Assembly (NCBI GenBank): GCA_951406725.2
Contig: OX597834.1
Location: 40,486,001 to 40,550,000 of the forward strand
Source of the DNA: Octopus vulgaris
Lineage: Eukaryota
Length of the DNA: 64,000 bases
Reading direction: 5' to 3'
A model generated the notes under the pieces. That model saw nothing but the letters and a program-made list of their open reading frames with translations, was not told the DNA's origin and searched no databases. Made by a program: the position numbers and the translations under genes. This document shows, piece after piece, positions 14,799 through 28,375 of the stretch (positions within the stretch are counted from its first letter, which is position 1; every line of letters starts with the position of its first letter).

Positions 14799-16039
14799 GT
14801 AATAATAATAATAGCAACAATGGTTCGTAGAATCTAGAGAGAGGTAGAGAGAGGTTTATAAACAGTTTTCTGTTTATATACACAAGCATTTTGTTGTGAA
14901 GTGAGGCGGACTTTAGTAAAATATCAACAGAAGCATCTCGCCATAATCTGTAGACATTTTCCTATGAAAATTAGGAAGACATATTGAAAACGAGGAAACG
15001 ATAAGAAAAACAAATTGAAATATAAATAGCGAGGTAATAAAAGCAAACTCCTTCACAATATGAAATATTGGTGAGGAAAGAAATAATAATATAATAATAT
15101 ATAATAATAAAATATATGTATAATGCAGATAGCGTAAACGAATTTTCTGGTTTATCGTATGAGAAAAATATCGTCTGCTTTATCGAGTTTCGTTTCAGAC
15201 GAACATTTGCTTCGTATGGCGACGTTAATATATTATACAAAAGAATGAAGAGTCTTTCTTTTAAGCTCCATAACGGTTGTAGTAAATATAACTGTGCTAA
15301 TAAAATAGACGTTGTCTACAAATGGAATTGTCCGAACCAAACCAAAACAAAACAAAAGAGTGGAAACGAAAAACAAATGTAAAAATATTGTGTTTTTCCT
15401 CGACTCGCCCAAAATACATAACGTTCAGGTAATAACTCTGGCTTCAGAAATGTAAAGCAGTTATATTGATTTCTTTTAGAAGAGACACGAGGCCAAATAT
15501 ATCAGAGAAATAAAGTACATTCCATTGATTCAACCCCATAATATTACTGCTATAAGTAAACTAAGTAGGGGTCCTCTATGCGTTTACTCAAATCTGCTTG
15601 AAATAGCAGCCAAAATCCTTCTCAAATCAATCCAGACAGTCTTAAAAAAGGAAGGGTATTTTAAATACTCCTAATGAGACGGGATGGCTGCAATTGGAAC
15701 GCCGTTGGGTTAAACAACTGCTATATATAGGGAATCTCTACGAGGTCACTCAACCTGCTAGAAATAGCAGCCCAATTTTATTACGTCATCTAATGTGTGC
15801 TTCACCATGAAGGACATATTAGATATCGCAGTTCCATAGACTGGCCAGTTAGAATCCTTCCCATCATATGTCTACATGGTCAGGGTAGACCTAGGGTTAA
15901 ATAGCAATAACAAAAAACAACTATTGTGAAGGAAAATACTGCGTCTGCCTAGGCTGGATTAGATTTCAGAACTGAAGAGGTTAAAACTAGTTTAGTAGCA
16001 CAAAACAAGAGAAACAGAACTCAATACATAAGTGTAAGT

Positions 16040-16434
16040 TATGGATTATTATGGAAGCACTCCGTCGGTTACGACGACGAGGGTTCCGGTTGATCCGATC
16101 AACGGAACAGCCTGCTCGTGAAATTAACGTGTAAGTGGCTGAGCACTCCACAGACACGTGTACCCTTAACGCAGTTCTCGGGGATATTCAGCGTGACACA
16201 GAGAGTGACAAGGCCGGCCCTTTGAAACACAGGCACAACAGAAACAGGAAGTAAGAGTGAGAGAAAGTTGTGGTGAAAGAGTACAGCAGGGATCACCACC
16301 ATCCCTGCCGGAGCCTCGTGGAGCTTTAGGTGTTTTCGCTCAATAAACACTCACAACGCCCGGTCTGGGAATCGAAACCACGATCCTACGACCGCGAGTC
16401 CGCTGCCCTAACCACTGGGCCATTGCGCCTCCAC
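16040..16434 (-). mobile_element. tRNA-derived SINE with 14-bp TSD
   Basis: Minus-strand head GGCGCAATGGCCCAGTGGTTAGG (A box) ... GGTTTCGATTCC (B box). TSD ACATAAGTGTAAGT at 16026-16039 and 16435-16448. 3' half is shared with 18820-19145. Confidence 0.9.
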
Positions 16435-16554
16435 ACATAAGTGTAAGTAGAGTCACACAAATACTTCAACTCGTCCATTTGTCCGGATATTGCTGCATGC
16501 CTGTTCAAAGAGTTTGAGTTTGTATATAGAACTCATTAGTTAATGGGCGGGTGA

Positions 16555-16895
16555 AGGCAAATGGCTCAGAGGATAGGGCGTCGGGCTCACAATCATGAGG
16601 TTGCGAGTTCGATTCCCCGACCGGACTGTGCATTGTGTTCTTGAGCAAAAAACACCTTATTTCATGTTGATCCAGTTCACTCATTTGTAAAAATGAGTTG
16701 CGGCGTCACTGGTGCCGAACTGCATCAGCCCCTTTGCCTTTCCCTTGGATAATATCGGTGGCATAAAGAGGGGAGGCTGGTATGCATAGGCAACTGCTGA
16801 CCTTTCATAGACAACCTTTCCCGAAATTGTGCCTTGGAGGGGAACTTCCTAGGTGCAATCGCATGGTTGTTCATGACCGAAATGGGTCTTTTACC
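16555..16895 (+). mobile_element. tRNA-derived SINE with CORE-like segment
   Basis: A/B boxes TGGCTCAGAGG and GAGTTCGATTCC, then GTGTTCTTGAGCAA. A related copy lies on the minus strand at ~62700-62990. Confidence 0.8.
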
Positions 16896-16934
16896 CCCAG
16901 TAAAGGGACGTAGAAGACAGAAACTAAATATTCT

Positions 16935-17169
16935 GAAGGCGGCGAGCTGGCAGAAACGGTAGCACGCCGGGCGAAATGCTTAGTGGTATTTCGTCTGCAG
17001 TTACGTTCTGAGTTCAAATTCCGCCGCGGTCGACTTTACCTTTCATCCTTTCGGGGTCGATAAATTAAGTACCAGTTACGCACTGGGCTCGATGTAATCG
17101 ACTCAATCCCTTTTGTCTGTCCTTGTTTGTCCCCTCTATTTTTAGCCCCCTGTGGGCAATAAAGAAATT
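16935..17169 (+). mobile_element. tRNA-derived SINE (family A) monomer with 16-bp TSD
   Basis: Head GGCGGCGAGCTGGCAGAA, B box GAGTTCAAATTC, tail GTGGGCAATAAAGAAAT. TSD AGAAACTAAATATTCT at 16919-16934 and 17170-17185. Many other copies occur in the window. Confidence 0.92.
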
Positions 17170-17814
17170 AGAAACTAAATATTCTTATGATCACAGGAAT
17201 ATAGCAGGCAAGTTGATTCGATGAAATGAGGTATTCAACTGCAGATTCGGCGACTTGCATGAAAATTTTCCGCACTGTATAAGATGGATACAAGCTATGG
17301 CTTTTCTCTGAAACTTGTCTTTATATAAGTAATATCTGCCTTATTATTGCTGCTTGTGGGATAATATTTATTTTCTAATAGAATGAGATAATTGAGCTGT
17401 CAGACTTGGGAAAATTATGAATATTTGACTCAATTTATATTATGATAGGAGGAGAGTGGCTGTTATAAGCGTATACGGTATGAGCGTGCGTTTGATCGTA
17501 TATATATCTGGATGTCTATGTGTGTTTGTCTTTTGTTGTATGGATGTGTGATGTATCTAATACATACAGCTTACACGTAATTTGATCATAAATTAATAAA
17601 TAAATATGCACATTATAAAATACGGCATGTATATGTGCGTATGTATATATACAACGTTAAGATGTGCTGTGTACGCATCACAAATAACCAGTTACATCAG
17701 AGTTCAAATATAGTTTACTGTGTTAAACTCGGAAAGTCATGGGTAACATGCATGTCCATGTACAACGTTGCATACACTGGGAAATTGGCTATAGTGCATA
17801 AACAGAGCATAATA

Positions 17815-18045
17815 TATTGGGTTGTCCGGGAAATTCGTACCGATTTGTAGTAGCTTACCTTTCGACTTATTTAAGAACATGGTTGAGTCCATAAAATAGG
17901 ATTTGACTACGCCTCCATTTAGAGCACAGTTTAAGCTATCTTTTCGTGGAAGAAGATTTATATTCCTATAACCTGTGTTAATTCTGTAACCCTTTAAAAT
18001 GGAAGATAAGAAAATTCCTTTTCAGCACTTGATGCTTTGGGAACC
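17815..18045 (+). mobile_element. Mariner 5' remnant
   Basis: TA-TTGGGTTGTCC TIR-like start. ORF begins MEDKKIPFQHLMLWE, resembling mariner transposase N-termini, then breaks off. Confidence 0.55.
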
Positions 18046-18066
18046 AGAAAAAAATTGCTGCAGCTC

Positions 18067-18112
18067 GGCACCTGAAGAAGGCTGGAAGGTATATCAACTG
18101 AAACGTTGTGTT
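18067..18112 (+). ncRNA. Minimal, degenerate type I hammerhead motif (Penelope-type)
   Basis: GGCAC-CTGAAGA-a-GGCTG..CAACT-GAAA-CG-TT-GTGTT: core present, palindromic AACGTT stem III, imperfect stem II. Confidence 0.5.
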
Positions 18113-18819
18113 AACAACAAACAAGATGAGGACAAATATCTGTCAAATGTAAATAATGTAAATAATGTAAATAATGTATATGGTTCCTCATCTCTTAAAT
18201 ATAGAACTGTAGATATGTGCCTATATGTTATATGCGTCTATGAATTTGACTTAGGGTTCTTGTAAAATATGCGGACGTATATCATAATTCTTTAAAGTGT
18301 CGTGGTGCTTACTTTTAGTTTTCTATTGCGCAAACATAGCGCTAATACGGCACGACGAGTCCATGAATTTTGTTTTCCAGTTTTTATTTCCACTTTTCCA
18401 TCTTACATTTCTTTTTATATTTCTATATTCCTTTTAATTGTCCTTATTTTTTGAACTTCAACCTATACGAAAACAGAATTGAATTTTGTAGCACACGTAC
18501 TTTCTTACGTAAGAATTATTGAAACAGCTGTAGGAAAGAATATTTTGAAATATCACTATTGTTTTCTGCTGTTCTTTTGAATGTGTGTTTGTGTGTCTGT
18601 GTGTGTATGAATGCGTGTCTGTGTATGCATGTGTATGCATGTGTGAATATGTGTGTGTATGTGTGTGTGTGCGTGCATGTGCGCACGCGCGTAAGGATTA
18701 AAGAGAAAGAGGTGCCGGTGCAGAATGAATAAACTTAGGACATGGTGGAAGGTGTTAAGAAGCGTCCCAATCACGAGTTCTACGTACCTAAACATGCATG
18801 TATGAATCAAGGAAGTGAA

Positions 18820-19145
18820 AGTGCGTGGCTTAGTGGCTAGGGTATTCGGCTCACGATCGTAAGGTTGTGAGTTCGATTTCTCGCGGTGCGTTGTGTTCTT
18901 GAGCAAGACACTTTATTTCACGCTGATCCAGTCAACACAGTTGCAAAAATTAGTAGTACCTGTATTTCAAAGGGGGCCAGCCTGATCACGTTCTGTGTCA
19001 CGCTGAATCTCCCTGAGAACAGCATTAAGAGTACGCGAATCTGTCTGTAGAATGCCCAGCCACTTGGACAATAATTTCACAAGCAGACTGTTCCGTTGGT
19101 CGGATCAACTGGAACACTCGCCGTCGTAGCCGACGGAGTGCCGGT
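18820..19145 (+). mobile_element. tRNA-derived CORE-like SINE
   Basis: TGGCTTAGTGG A box, GAGTTCGATT B box and GTGTTCTTGAGCAAGACACTT; 3' half matches the SINE at 16040-16434. Confidence 0.8.
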
Positions 19146-19635
19146 TCTTTTTTTTTTTTCATTGTTAGAATTCTTCCCAAAAGCAAAGCTAGTTGCTAAC
19201 AAAAAAAAAGCCCCATCGCTGGGATTTGAATAACAATAACGTAAAGTGTTAGATGCTGAACTTTAAAAGTCTTACATATATCTACTATTCTGTATATATA
19301 TATTTACAAACACACACACACATGCGCGCGCATAGACACATAGATAAATATGCACATACGTATATAGGCATGTCTCCTGGAGATTAACCTGACAGACATG
19401 TAAGATAAAGAAAATAGAATTATAGTGTCAACTAAACAAAACAAAGAAATAATTATTTAAAAAAATGAGTGTCAGCCATTTTTATTTCTTAGTCAATCTT
19501 TCAATTGTGAATAATGATCAAAAAATAAAGATTGACAGCTTCAACGCAGACTATCATTGATGGATATTGTGTGAGTATATGGCTGTAAGGTGAAGTAGGC
19601 GGTAATAATTTTACACACGCACAAACACTTACGCA

Positions 19636-19676
<41 letters not shown>

Positions 19677-19875
19677 TCTCTTTTACTCTTTTACTTGTTT
19701 CTGTCATTTGACTGGCCATGCTGGAGCACCGCCTTTTAGTCGAGCAAATCGACCCCAGGACTTATTCTTTGTAAGCCTAATACTTACTCTATCGGACTCT
19801 TTCGCCGAACCGCTAAATTACGGGGACGTAAACACACTAGCATCGGTTCTCAAGTGATGGCGGCGGGAGACAAAT
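19677..19875 (-). mobile_element. SINE family B, 3' part
   Basis: Matches copies at ~34420-34600, 51050-51372, 52230-52440, 57010-57190 and 63070-63345; tail GGCGGTGCTCCAGCATGGCC..AAACAAGTAAAAGAG. Confidence 0.8.
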
Positions 19876-19877
19876 TC

Positions 19878-20336
19878 TGGTACTCATTTAATCGACCCCG
19901 AAAGGATGAAAGGCAAAGTCGATCTCGACGGAATTTGAACTCAGAACGTAGCGGCAGACGAAATACCTATTTCTTTACAACCCATAAGGGGCTAAACACA
20001 GAAGGGACAAACAAGGACAGACAAAGGGATTGAGTCGATTATATCGACCCCAGTGCGTAACTGGTACTTAATTTATCGACACCGGAAGGATGAAAGTCAA
20101 AGTCGACCTCGAAGGAATTTGAACTCAGAACGTCATTTAACCCCTTGTGGGTAGTAAAGAAATAGGTACTTCGTCTGTCTTTACGTTCTGAGTTCAAATT
20201 CCACCGAGGTTGACTTTGACTTTCATCCTTTCGAGATTCGATAAATTAAGTACCAGTTGCGTACTGGGATCACTATAATCGACTGGCCCCCTCCTCCAAA
20301 ATGTCAGGCCTTGTGCCTTGAGTAGAAAAGAATATT
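19878..20336. mobile_element. Two family A SINE multimer fragments in opposite orientation
   Basis: 19878-20133 on minus and 20136-20336 on plus; each contains the tail-to-internal junction AAAGAAATA|GGTA(T/C)TTCG. Confidence 0.8.
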
Positions 20337-20706
20337 GATCGACCTGGACTTATAATAATAGACATTTGCCTCAGGTGCGGCGCGATGAATTCGAACCGGA
20401 AGCCATGTAGATGCAAATGCACGTTTTACCAAATATCCATACCTGCGCTCGTGTAGGAAAATCCATACCTTTTCTAAAATTAACTGACGTTGCAGAAGGC
20501 AAATAACTGCAGCTTGGAATTGTGGCTTTTCATCATACACTTATAAACTTCTGTCCTCTCTCTCTCTCTCTCTCTCTTCTTCTTCTTCTTCCCCTTTCTC
20601 TTCTCTCTCTCTCTCCCTCTCCCTCTCCCTCTCCATCTTCTCTCCGTTTAACGTTTTCTCTTTCTCCCTCTCTCTCTCTCTTTTTATCTATCTATCTATA
20701 CGCACT

Positions 20707-20738
<32 letters not shown>

Positions 20739-21402
20739 CTCATATCCATACACACATGCGTGCACACGCACACAAACATATCCATACACACATGCGTGCA
20801 CACGCACACAAACATATATATATATATACACACACACACATATGCATATATATATGTACATATTTGTATATGTGTGTATGTGTGTTTGTGTGCCTGTGTG
20901 TATACACACGCACACTCACACACACATATATATCTGTCCAACTGCCTGTCCACCACGACGACCGCTACCACGAGCACGACCACCATCGCCACCACCTCCA
21001 CCACCAACACCACCGCTTGCCGCTGCGTCATCCATGCATTCTGTGACGACCTAAATTGCCAATTTGAACATTGGTGTCCTAACGAATTAATTGTTAATGA
21101 CTTATTAAGCTTGATTACTCTTCTTGATAACGACTTTTTAGAAAATATTCTTTCCACTTGGTTGACAGTTGAAATCTTCATCTAATTTTCTCTAATCCGC
21201 CATTTTCACAACGAACTGTCATAATAATGACATCAAATTTAAAATCTTCTCAGAGTATTTTCCTTTCCCTCCTCCTTGCTCTGTATTATCATCAACGCTT
21301 TTCTTTTCTCCTCATCTGAACATGTGTAGGCGAAGGCTTGGTTGTGTGATTAAGACGATTACTTCCTAGCCATGGAGCCTAGAGTTCAGTCCCACGGCGC
21401 GC

Positions 21403-21441
<39 letters not shown>

Positions 21442-21445
<4 letters not shown>

Positions 21446-21598
21446 ATCCAAACAAGAAAGCACAAAAAACACAACAACGCGAGGACGTGGAACAAATATA
21501 GTATTATTGGACGCTCAGGAAAGAAGGAGGGTTTAACGTTTCGAGCGGAGCTCTTCGTCGGAATAGGAGAAGGGAAGACACAGGAAAAAAATCGCCAT
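21442..21598 (-). mobile_element. Penelope-like terminal remnant with degenerate hammerhead-like motif
   Basis: Minus strand CCGACGA-a-GAGC-tcc-GCTC-GAAACGTT; similar to ~50758-50960 and ~57840-57960; each abuts a (TA)n tract. Confidence 0.5.
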
Positions 21599-21600
21599 GC

Positions 21601-22008
21601 ATATAAAAGAAGTTTGAAAAGGCCACTGTATAAGATAAGTTTTAATTTTCTTGGAGATTTTACATCTTTCGGTTCTTCTTGAAAAAACGAACCTTATCAA
21701 ATATATTGTTAAAAATTAAGTGTAATAAAAAAAGTTCATAATTGTTTCTCACTAGTCTCAACAGAGTCCACGTGGTGGTGTTTTGTAGTGGCGGTGAGGG
21801 AGAGCATAATGGCTGTCTTGTGCGTTGACTAGAATCGTTGGCTGTTGACACTAGTAAGAAACAATTATGAACTTTTTTTTATTACACTTAACTTTTAAAA
21901 ATATTTTTGATAAGGTTCGTTTTTTCAAGAAGAACCGAAAGATGTAAAATCTCTAAGAAAATTTAAATTTATCTTATATAGTGGCCTTTTCAAACTACGT
22001 TTTTATAA
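21601..22008. repeat. Long inverted repeat (foldback/MITE-like)
   Basis: Arms ~21601-21764 and ~21842-22008 are reverse complements with scattered mismatches, separated by a ~77-bp spacer. Confidence 0.9.
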
Positions 22009-22409
22009 ATACCGAACTGCAGTGCTAGCTTCAAATCGCCAAATCGCCAAATCGTCTTTTAAGACTGGATAACATAATAGGAAATCATTGCTGGACATTT
22101 CTCTCTCAATATCCTGTTGATGGAACAATTTAAACAACCAACAGGAACCTCCGACAAATCAATGGCGAACTTTCAAAATTTCTCTCTCACTTTCCCCCTT
22201 TCTCTTCTCTCTTTCTTTCTTTCTCGCTTTCTTTCTTTTTCTCTCTCTTTTCTTTTACACCTTTCGTTTTCACTCTCGTCGGCTTAACACCAGTGAAACG
22301 AGAAATTGTGGCGGCTTAGGCTCTGAGTCATAGCTTCGTTGCGTCAGTGACGGAGAAAAAAGGTGCTTTAAATTTGAGATTACTATGTACTACCTAGACA
22401 CACTTATAA

Positions 22410-22456
<47 letters not shown>

Positions 22457-23085
22457 AATATAAACAAAGGCACAGACATATATATACATACATGCATACA
22501 TAAATATATACATACACATGTACGCGTTTACACATGTGAGGGTTTTGCTCGGTTCAGCCTGGATAATCCGATAAGTGCACCCTAACCGCACCGCCCGACA
22601 CATTCGACAAAATGGACACCCAACAGTATTGAAAAGCAGTTATCGAAGAAATCCCGGCGATCAATTAACGTAATTGGCCGTGACAAATATATATGATGGA
22701 AAATCTTGCGTTTCTCTCGCTTCATACGTACTAACACAGATACACACACACACACACATACACAAACGCACGCAATATACATATGCATATAGACTCACAT
22801 ACAAAATATATGCGGACGTACTTACATATACATACATACATGCATACATACATGCATGCATACATACATGCATACATACATACATACATACATACATACA
22901 TGCATACATGCATGCATACATGCATACATACGTACGTATGAACATACGTACATACATACATACATACATGCATGCATACATACATACGTACGTACGTACA
23001 TACGTACATACATACATACGTACATACAAATATACACACATGCAGGCATACATACACATATACATGCATACATACTCATACAAGC

Positions 23086-23123
<38 letters not shown>

Positions 23124-23206
23124 ACGCACAAACGCATACGCATCCATACATTCGTACATACATACATAAATATAAATACATGCATATATATATATATGTG
23201 CTTAAA

Positions 23207-23250
<44 letters not shown>

Positions 23251-23673
23251 CGCAAGTATGTGTGTGTGTGTCTGTGTGTGAATCGTGACGTATGTGTATA
23301 CACCAAACATAGACAAACTAATATAGTTACAAAGTCAGCGAGTATTAAACGTCTACCTCTGAGTACATTCGAACGCACACGGTGTGGAGAAAATGGGGGA
23401 GGAGTGTTAGTGGAGTGGTGTTGAAGTGGTGATGGTGGTGGCGGTGGTGGTGGTTCTGGTGTTAGATGGTGCTATTGATGATGATAACGATAATAATGAT
23501 CGTCATAACGATGATGGTGATGATAATGATGATGACGATGACGACGACGACAACACCTCAACGGCGACGGTGATGACAATGACGGATGACGATGACGGAG
23601 ATGATGACAATGATGATGATGATTATGGTGGTGGTGGTGGTGGTAGTTTTGGCGGCGGCGGCTTTGGCGATTG

Positions 23674-23719
<46 letters not shown>

Positions 23720-24314
23720 GGTGGTGGTGGTGGTGGTGGTGGTGGTGGTCGTGGTCGTGGTCGTGGTCGTTGTGGTGGTAGTGGTGGTGGTCGTGGTGGT
23801 GCTACTGCTGCCACTGCTGCTGCTACTGTTGAGGACGACGACAACAACGACGATGATGGCAGCGGTGCTGATGACGACGGCGATGACTACGATGATGATG
23901 ATGATGCTGACGTGTCATTTCAATCATTAATTTCATAGAGTGAACCCAGTCACCTCATTATTACTTAGCTGGACTTACAGGCTGAGTTAATCTCGCTAAG
24001 CTCCCGCTGAAGCTGGAAGCATGCACCAATGGATTGTATTTCATGGCGGCATTTGTTAACAAAACATTCGAGAATTTTCACTGCACTGCACCGTCGCTTC
24101 TCTTTAACACCTACACCTATGGCTTCCATCAACAGCCTCGTATTTCTAACACTTGTCATCAGCCATTCTCGCATTTCCGTTTTTCTCGCAAAATACTCAC
24201 ATGCACACACTTACACACATCTATGTACATTGTTATACACGAGGAGTGGAGGGGGGGGATGAAACGTTCTTGGATCTGGGTAAAAGAAAATATCGGAGAG
24301 TCATTTAAAGAAAA

Positions 24315-24695
24315 CTAGCAGTATCGCCCGGCGTTGCTCGGGTTTGTTTCGACCCTTTAGAATTGGAATTTTTGAAAAGTAAAAATTTTGCATTATGTAG
24401 CTTGTTATTCTCTTTAAGTGAACATTTTTCTAGTTGAAATACACCGAAAAATGGCGACACAGCAGTCAAAAAATCGTAAAAAATAGGGATTTTCATAGAA
24501 AAAAAAGCACCTTTTTAATGTAAATAATTTTTGGTGTTAACATGGTCCGATTTCTGCAGAAGGAAGAGCAAGCCTTCTTCTATCATACTCTCAATTTTGG
24601 TCAACTTGCGCTGCAGGGTCTCGGAGGAGATAGTGTTAGTTGAAGGCTACCAAACCTGCCATACACAGACAACTTCGGCTTTATATATAGAGAGA
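24315..24695 (-). mobile_element. Non-autonomous Helitron
   Basis: On minus: A|TC start, subterminal hairpin CCCGAGCAACGCCGGG, CTAG|T end; similar copies at 48272-48662 and 63604-64000. Confidence 0.85.
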
Positions 24696-24838
24696 TTTTA
24701 TTCAACATATTTCTCCCTTAGATTCACACACTTATTGCAGCGGTCCTTCAGTTTTTCGGAGCCCTATGAAAGGACTCAGAAAGTTGAACCACTAGCCGGG
24801 CGTTTTGCGACATCCTTAAGGCCAGCAACTTTTCAGCA

Positions 24839-24916
<78 letters not shown>

Positions 24917-25903
24917 TGTGTGTGTGTGTGTGTGTGTGTGTCTGTGTGTCTGTGTGTGTCTGTGTGTCTGTGTGTATACGTATTTATATATGTATATTGA
25001 CAAACCGTATGTGACAACGCAAGAAGTACGCTTCAATATCGTTGGAAATGAAGAACTATATTGAATGACACAGAATAAAAACTGAAACTCTTCCGAAATG
25101 TGAACCGAAGATGTAAAACCTGATCAATTCATTCACAAACCTCAACTCCATTGAATGTGTCAGCAGCAAACAATATCCCGGTCGTTACGTTTCACCAATC
25201 ACCGAGTTCACTTGGTGTATAACACCGGCTCTGGGTGCTGTGGTAGTACTTTAGGATGCTGTAGAGGTGTCTAATCATGCAGTGGGAAGCAATGTGTGGT
25301 TTACTATAGTTTGCTATAGCATTACATGTTGCCGTTCGTAATAGCGAAAAAGGACCGAAGGCGGCGAGCTAGCACGCCGGGCGAAATGCTTAGCGGTTAT
25401 ATATGTGTACGTATGCGCGTTTGTACATGTGTGCATGTATACGTGTGTGTGTGTGTTTGTACATGTGCGAATGTGAACATATGTGCATGTGTGTGCATGT
25501 AAGTGTATGTTTGCGTGTGTGTGTTATATATGTGTATGTATGCGTGTTTGCACATGTGTGCATGTGTACGTGTGTGTGTGTGTTTGTACATGTGCGAATG
25601 TGAACATATGTGCATGTGTGTGCATGTAAGTGTATGTTTGCGTGTGTGTGTTATATATGTGTATGTATGCGTGTTTGCACATGTGTGAATGAGTACGTAT
25701 GTGCATGTGTGTGTGCATGTATGCGCGTATGTTGTGTTTTTCCCCACCCCGTCCACCTGCTGCGCCATCACCTTCATAGTCACGTCTCACTGATTTCCAG
25801 GTATTTCATCTTGTTGTTGTTGTTGCTAACGCTTTGTTTTTAATATTATTTATTTTTACGTTGCCGTTTTTACAGTTTTGTTTGTTGTTGTTGTAATTGC
25901 TGC

Positions 25904-25958
<55 letters not shown>

Positions 25959-26335
25959 GATACTGCTGCTGCTGCTGCTGTTGTTGTTGTTGTTGTTGCC
26001 CTTGTTGTTGTTGTTGTTGTTCTTCTTCTTCTTCTTTCTGTTGTTGTTGCTGTTGTTATTGTTGTTGATGATGCTGCTGCTGCTGTTGTTGTTGTTGTTG
26101 TTGCCCTTGTTATTGTTGTTGTTCTTCTTCTTTCTCTTTCTGTTGTTGTTGTTGTTCTTCTTCTTCTTCTTCTTCTTCTTCTTCTTCTTCTTCTTCTTGC
26201 AACATTCCTCCTGCATCCATAAAAAAAAACAAAATCACCAATCCGAAAATTCACCGAAGCGTGAATTTTTTTTTTTCAATCTACAAAGATTTCTTTTTAA
26301 ATGTCAAACAATGCACATCCCTGAGTGTGCATCTC

Positions 26336-26385
<50 letters not shown>

Positions 26386-27439
26386 ACTGTAAGGATGCGA
26401 GTGTATTTATGTATAAATGCGAGTGTGCGTATGTGTATATGTATGTATGTGTATGTATGTGTACGTATGTGTACGTATGTGTATATGTGTATGTATGTGT
26501 ACGTATGTGCATATGTATGTATATGTTTGTATGTGTATGTATGCGTACGTATGTGTATGTATGTGTATGCTAATGCGTGTATGTGCGTGTGTATATTTTT
26601 GTGTGTATGTATGAGTGAGAGGAATTGTGTGAGAGCATGGTGTATTTATGTGTGCGTGTGTGTATGTGTGTATGTGTGTGAATGTATGCATTTGTATGTG
26701 TGTGTATTTGTGTGTGCATATTTGTGTATTTGTATGTGTGTGTATTTGTGTGTGTGTATGTGCATGTATGTATTTGTATGTGTGTGTGTTTGTGTGTGTG
26801 TATGTGCATGTATGTATTTGTATGTGTGTGCTACTGTGACGGGTGCGCATTTATATGTGTATATCGTAAGCGCCCATGTGTCTGTGTGTATGTGTGTGTA
26901 TGTTCATGGTTCATGTGTGTATGTGCATGTGTATATATTTGTGTGTACGTATGGGCAAGAGTAACTGTGTGTGAGCAAGTGTGTATTTATGTGCGCGTAT
27001 ATGTGTGTGTGTGTGTGTGTAAATGTGCATTTGTGTATATGTGTGTGCATGTGTGTATTTGAATGTGTGTGTGTGTGTATGTGCGTGCATGTGTGTATTT
27101 GAATATGTGTGTGTGTGTGTCCCCTAATCACCACTTCATTACTAGTGATGCAATGCGCAGATGCAAGTGTGTATGAAATCGTGCGAACAAACGTGAATTT
27201 GAAGATCCGAATGGAATTTTCAGAGTAAAAATGCGTACGTGTGTACATGTACAGAGTTGTGTGGGTATGCGTGTGTGTGTGTGTGTGTGTGTGTGTATAA
27301 GTATGTGTTTGTGTGTGCATGTATAATTGTGTGTGTGCGTGTAAATGGGTGTAAGCGTTTACCATTTTGCTTCAATGAGAAATCATTATATTTATTTATT
27401 TATTTATTCATTTTATCATCATTATTATTATTGTTATTA

Positions 27440-27516
<77 letters not shown>

Positions 27517-28142
27517 ATTAAGAACAAATATAATTAAGTTACAGTCATTAAGTTTTAGTGATTTCCACAAAAGATTTGATTGGCTGGGGTAAAACTACAA
27601 AAACTTCATCTTCGTGCAGTGTGCATGGAGCAGGACGATCTCAACATAACTACTTTCATCAGATTGCAAACATTTAAATTACATTCTCAAGAGAAATTTG
27701 GGCCCAACACTAAACGCTAGGTATACGTACATGGGCCTGTTTGACGGTGAAGTATTTCGGTCAAGCGTCCGATATGCAATGCAAGTGTCAGATTAAGACG
27801 TATAGATGCCCTAAGCACTTTAGTGCCCCCCATGTATATGTAATTCAAAATTTAAACAATTATAAGCCAAGGAATAGATTTTTATATTTCGAAATGAAAC
27901 AAAACTAACAGTAAGATGGAAAATAGTATTTATTTTTGTATACTTCTAATTCATTTATATTTTAAAAGTTTTCCACCCACCTACCCACCCCCCATTCTTT
28001 TATTGCAAAGTCTTTCATCAGATCCTCACAATGACACCATGAATACTTCGAAACTATATTTCCGATTATGTAAACCACTTCGAATATTATTTTAGCAAGT
28101 TTAAAGTGATTTCTTTTGTGCCGTAAACCATTTACCATTTCT

Positions 28143-28375
28143 TATTTCTTTATTGCCCACAAGAGGATAAACATAGAGGAGACAAACAAGGACAGATAAA
28201 CGGATTAAGTCGATTACATCGACCCCAGTGCGTAACTGGTACTTAATTTTTATCGACCCCGAAAGGATGAAAGGCAAAGTCGACCTCGGCGGAATTTGAA
28301 CTCAGAACGTAACGGCAGACGAAATACGGCTACGCATTTCGCCCGGTGTGCTAACGATTCTGCCAGCTCGCCGCC
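28143..28375 (-). mobile_element. SINE family A monomer
   Basis: Reverse complement of the 16935-17169 element, with head and tail complete. Confidence 0.88.

Noticed and set aside
16360-16434. tRNA gene (also at ~16555 and ~18820)
   Set aside because: The A/B-box heads continue into SINE bodies, one has a TSD, and no complete cloverleaf is evident.
23965-24210. 81-aa minus-strand ORF as a host exon
   Set aside because: No recognisable homology or clear acceptor site; kept only as a low-interest unique island.
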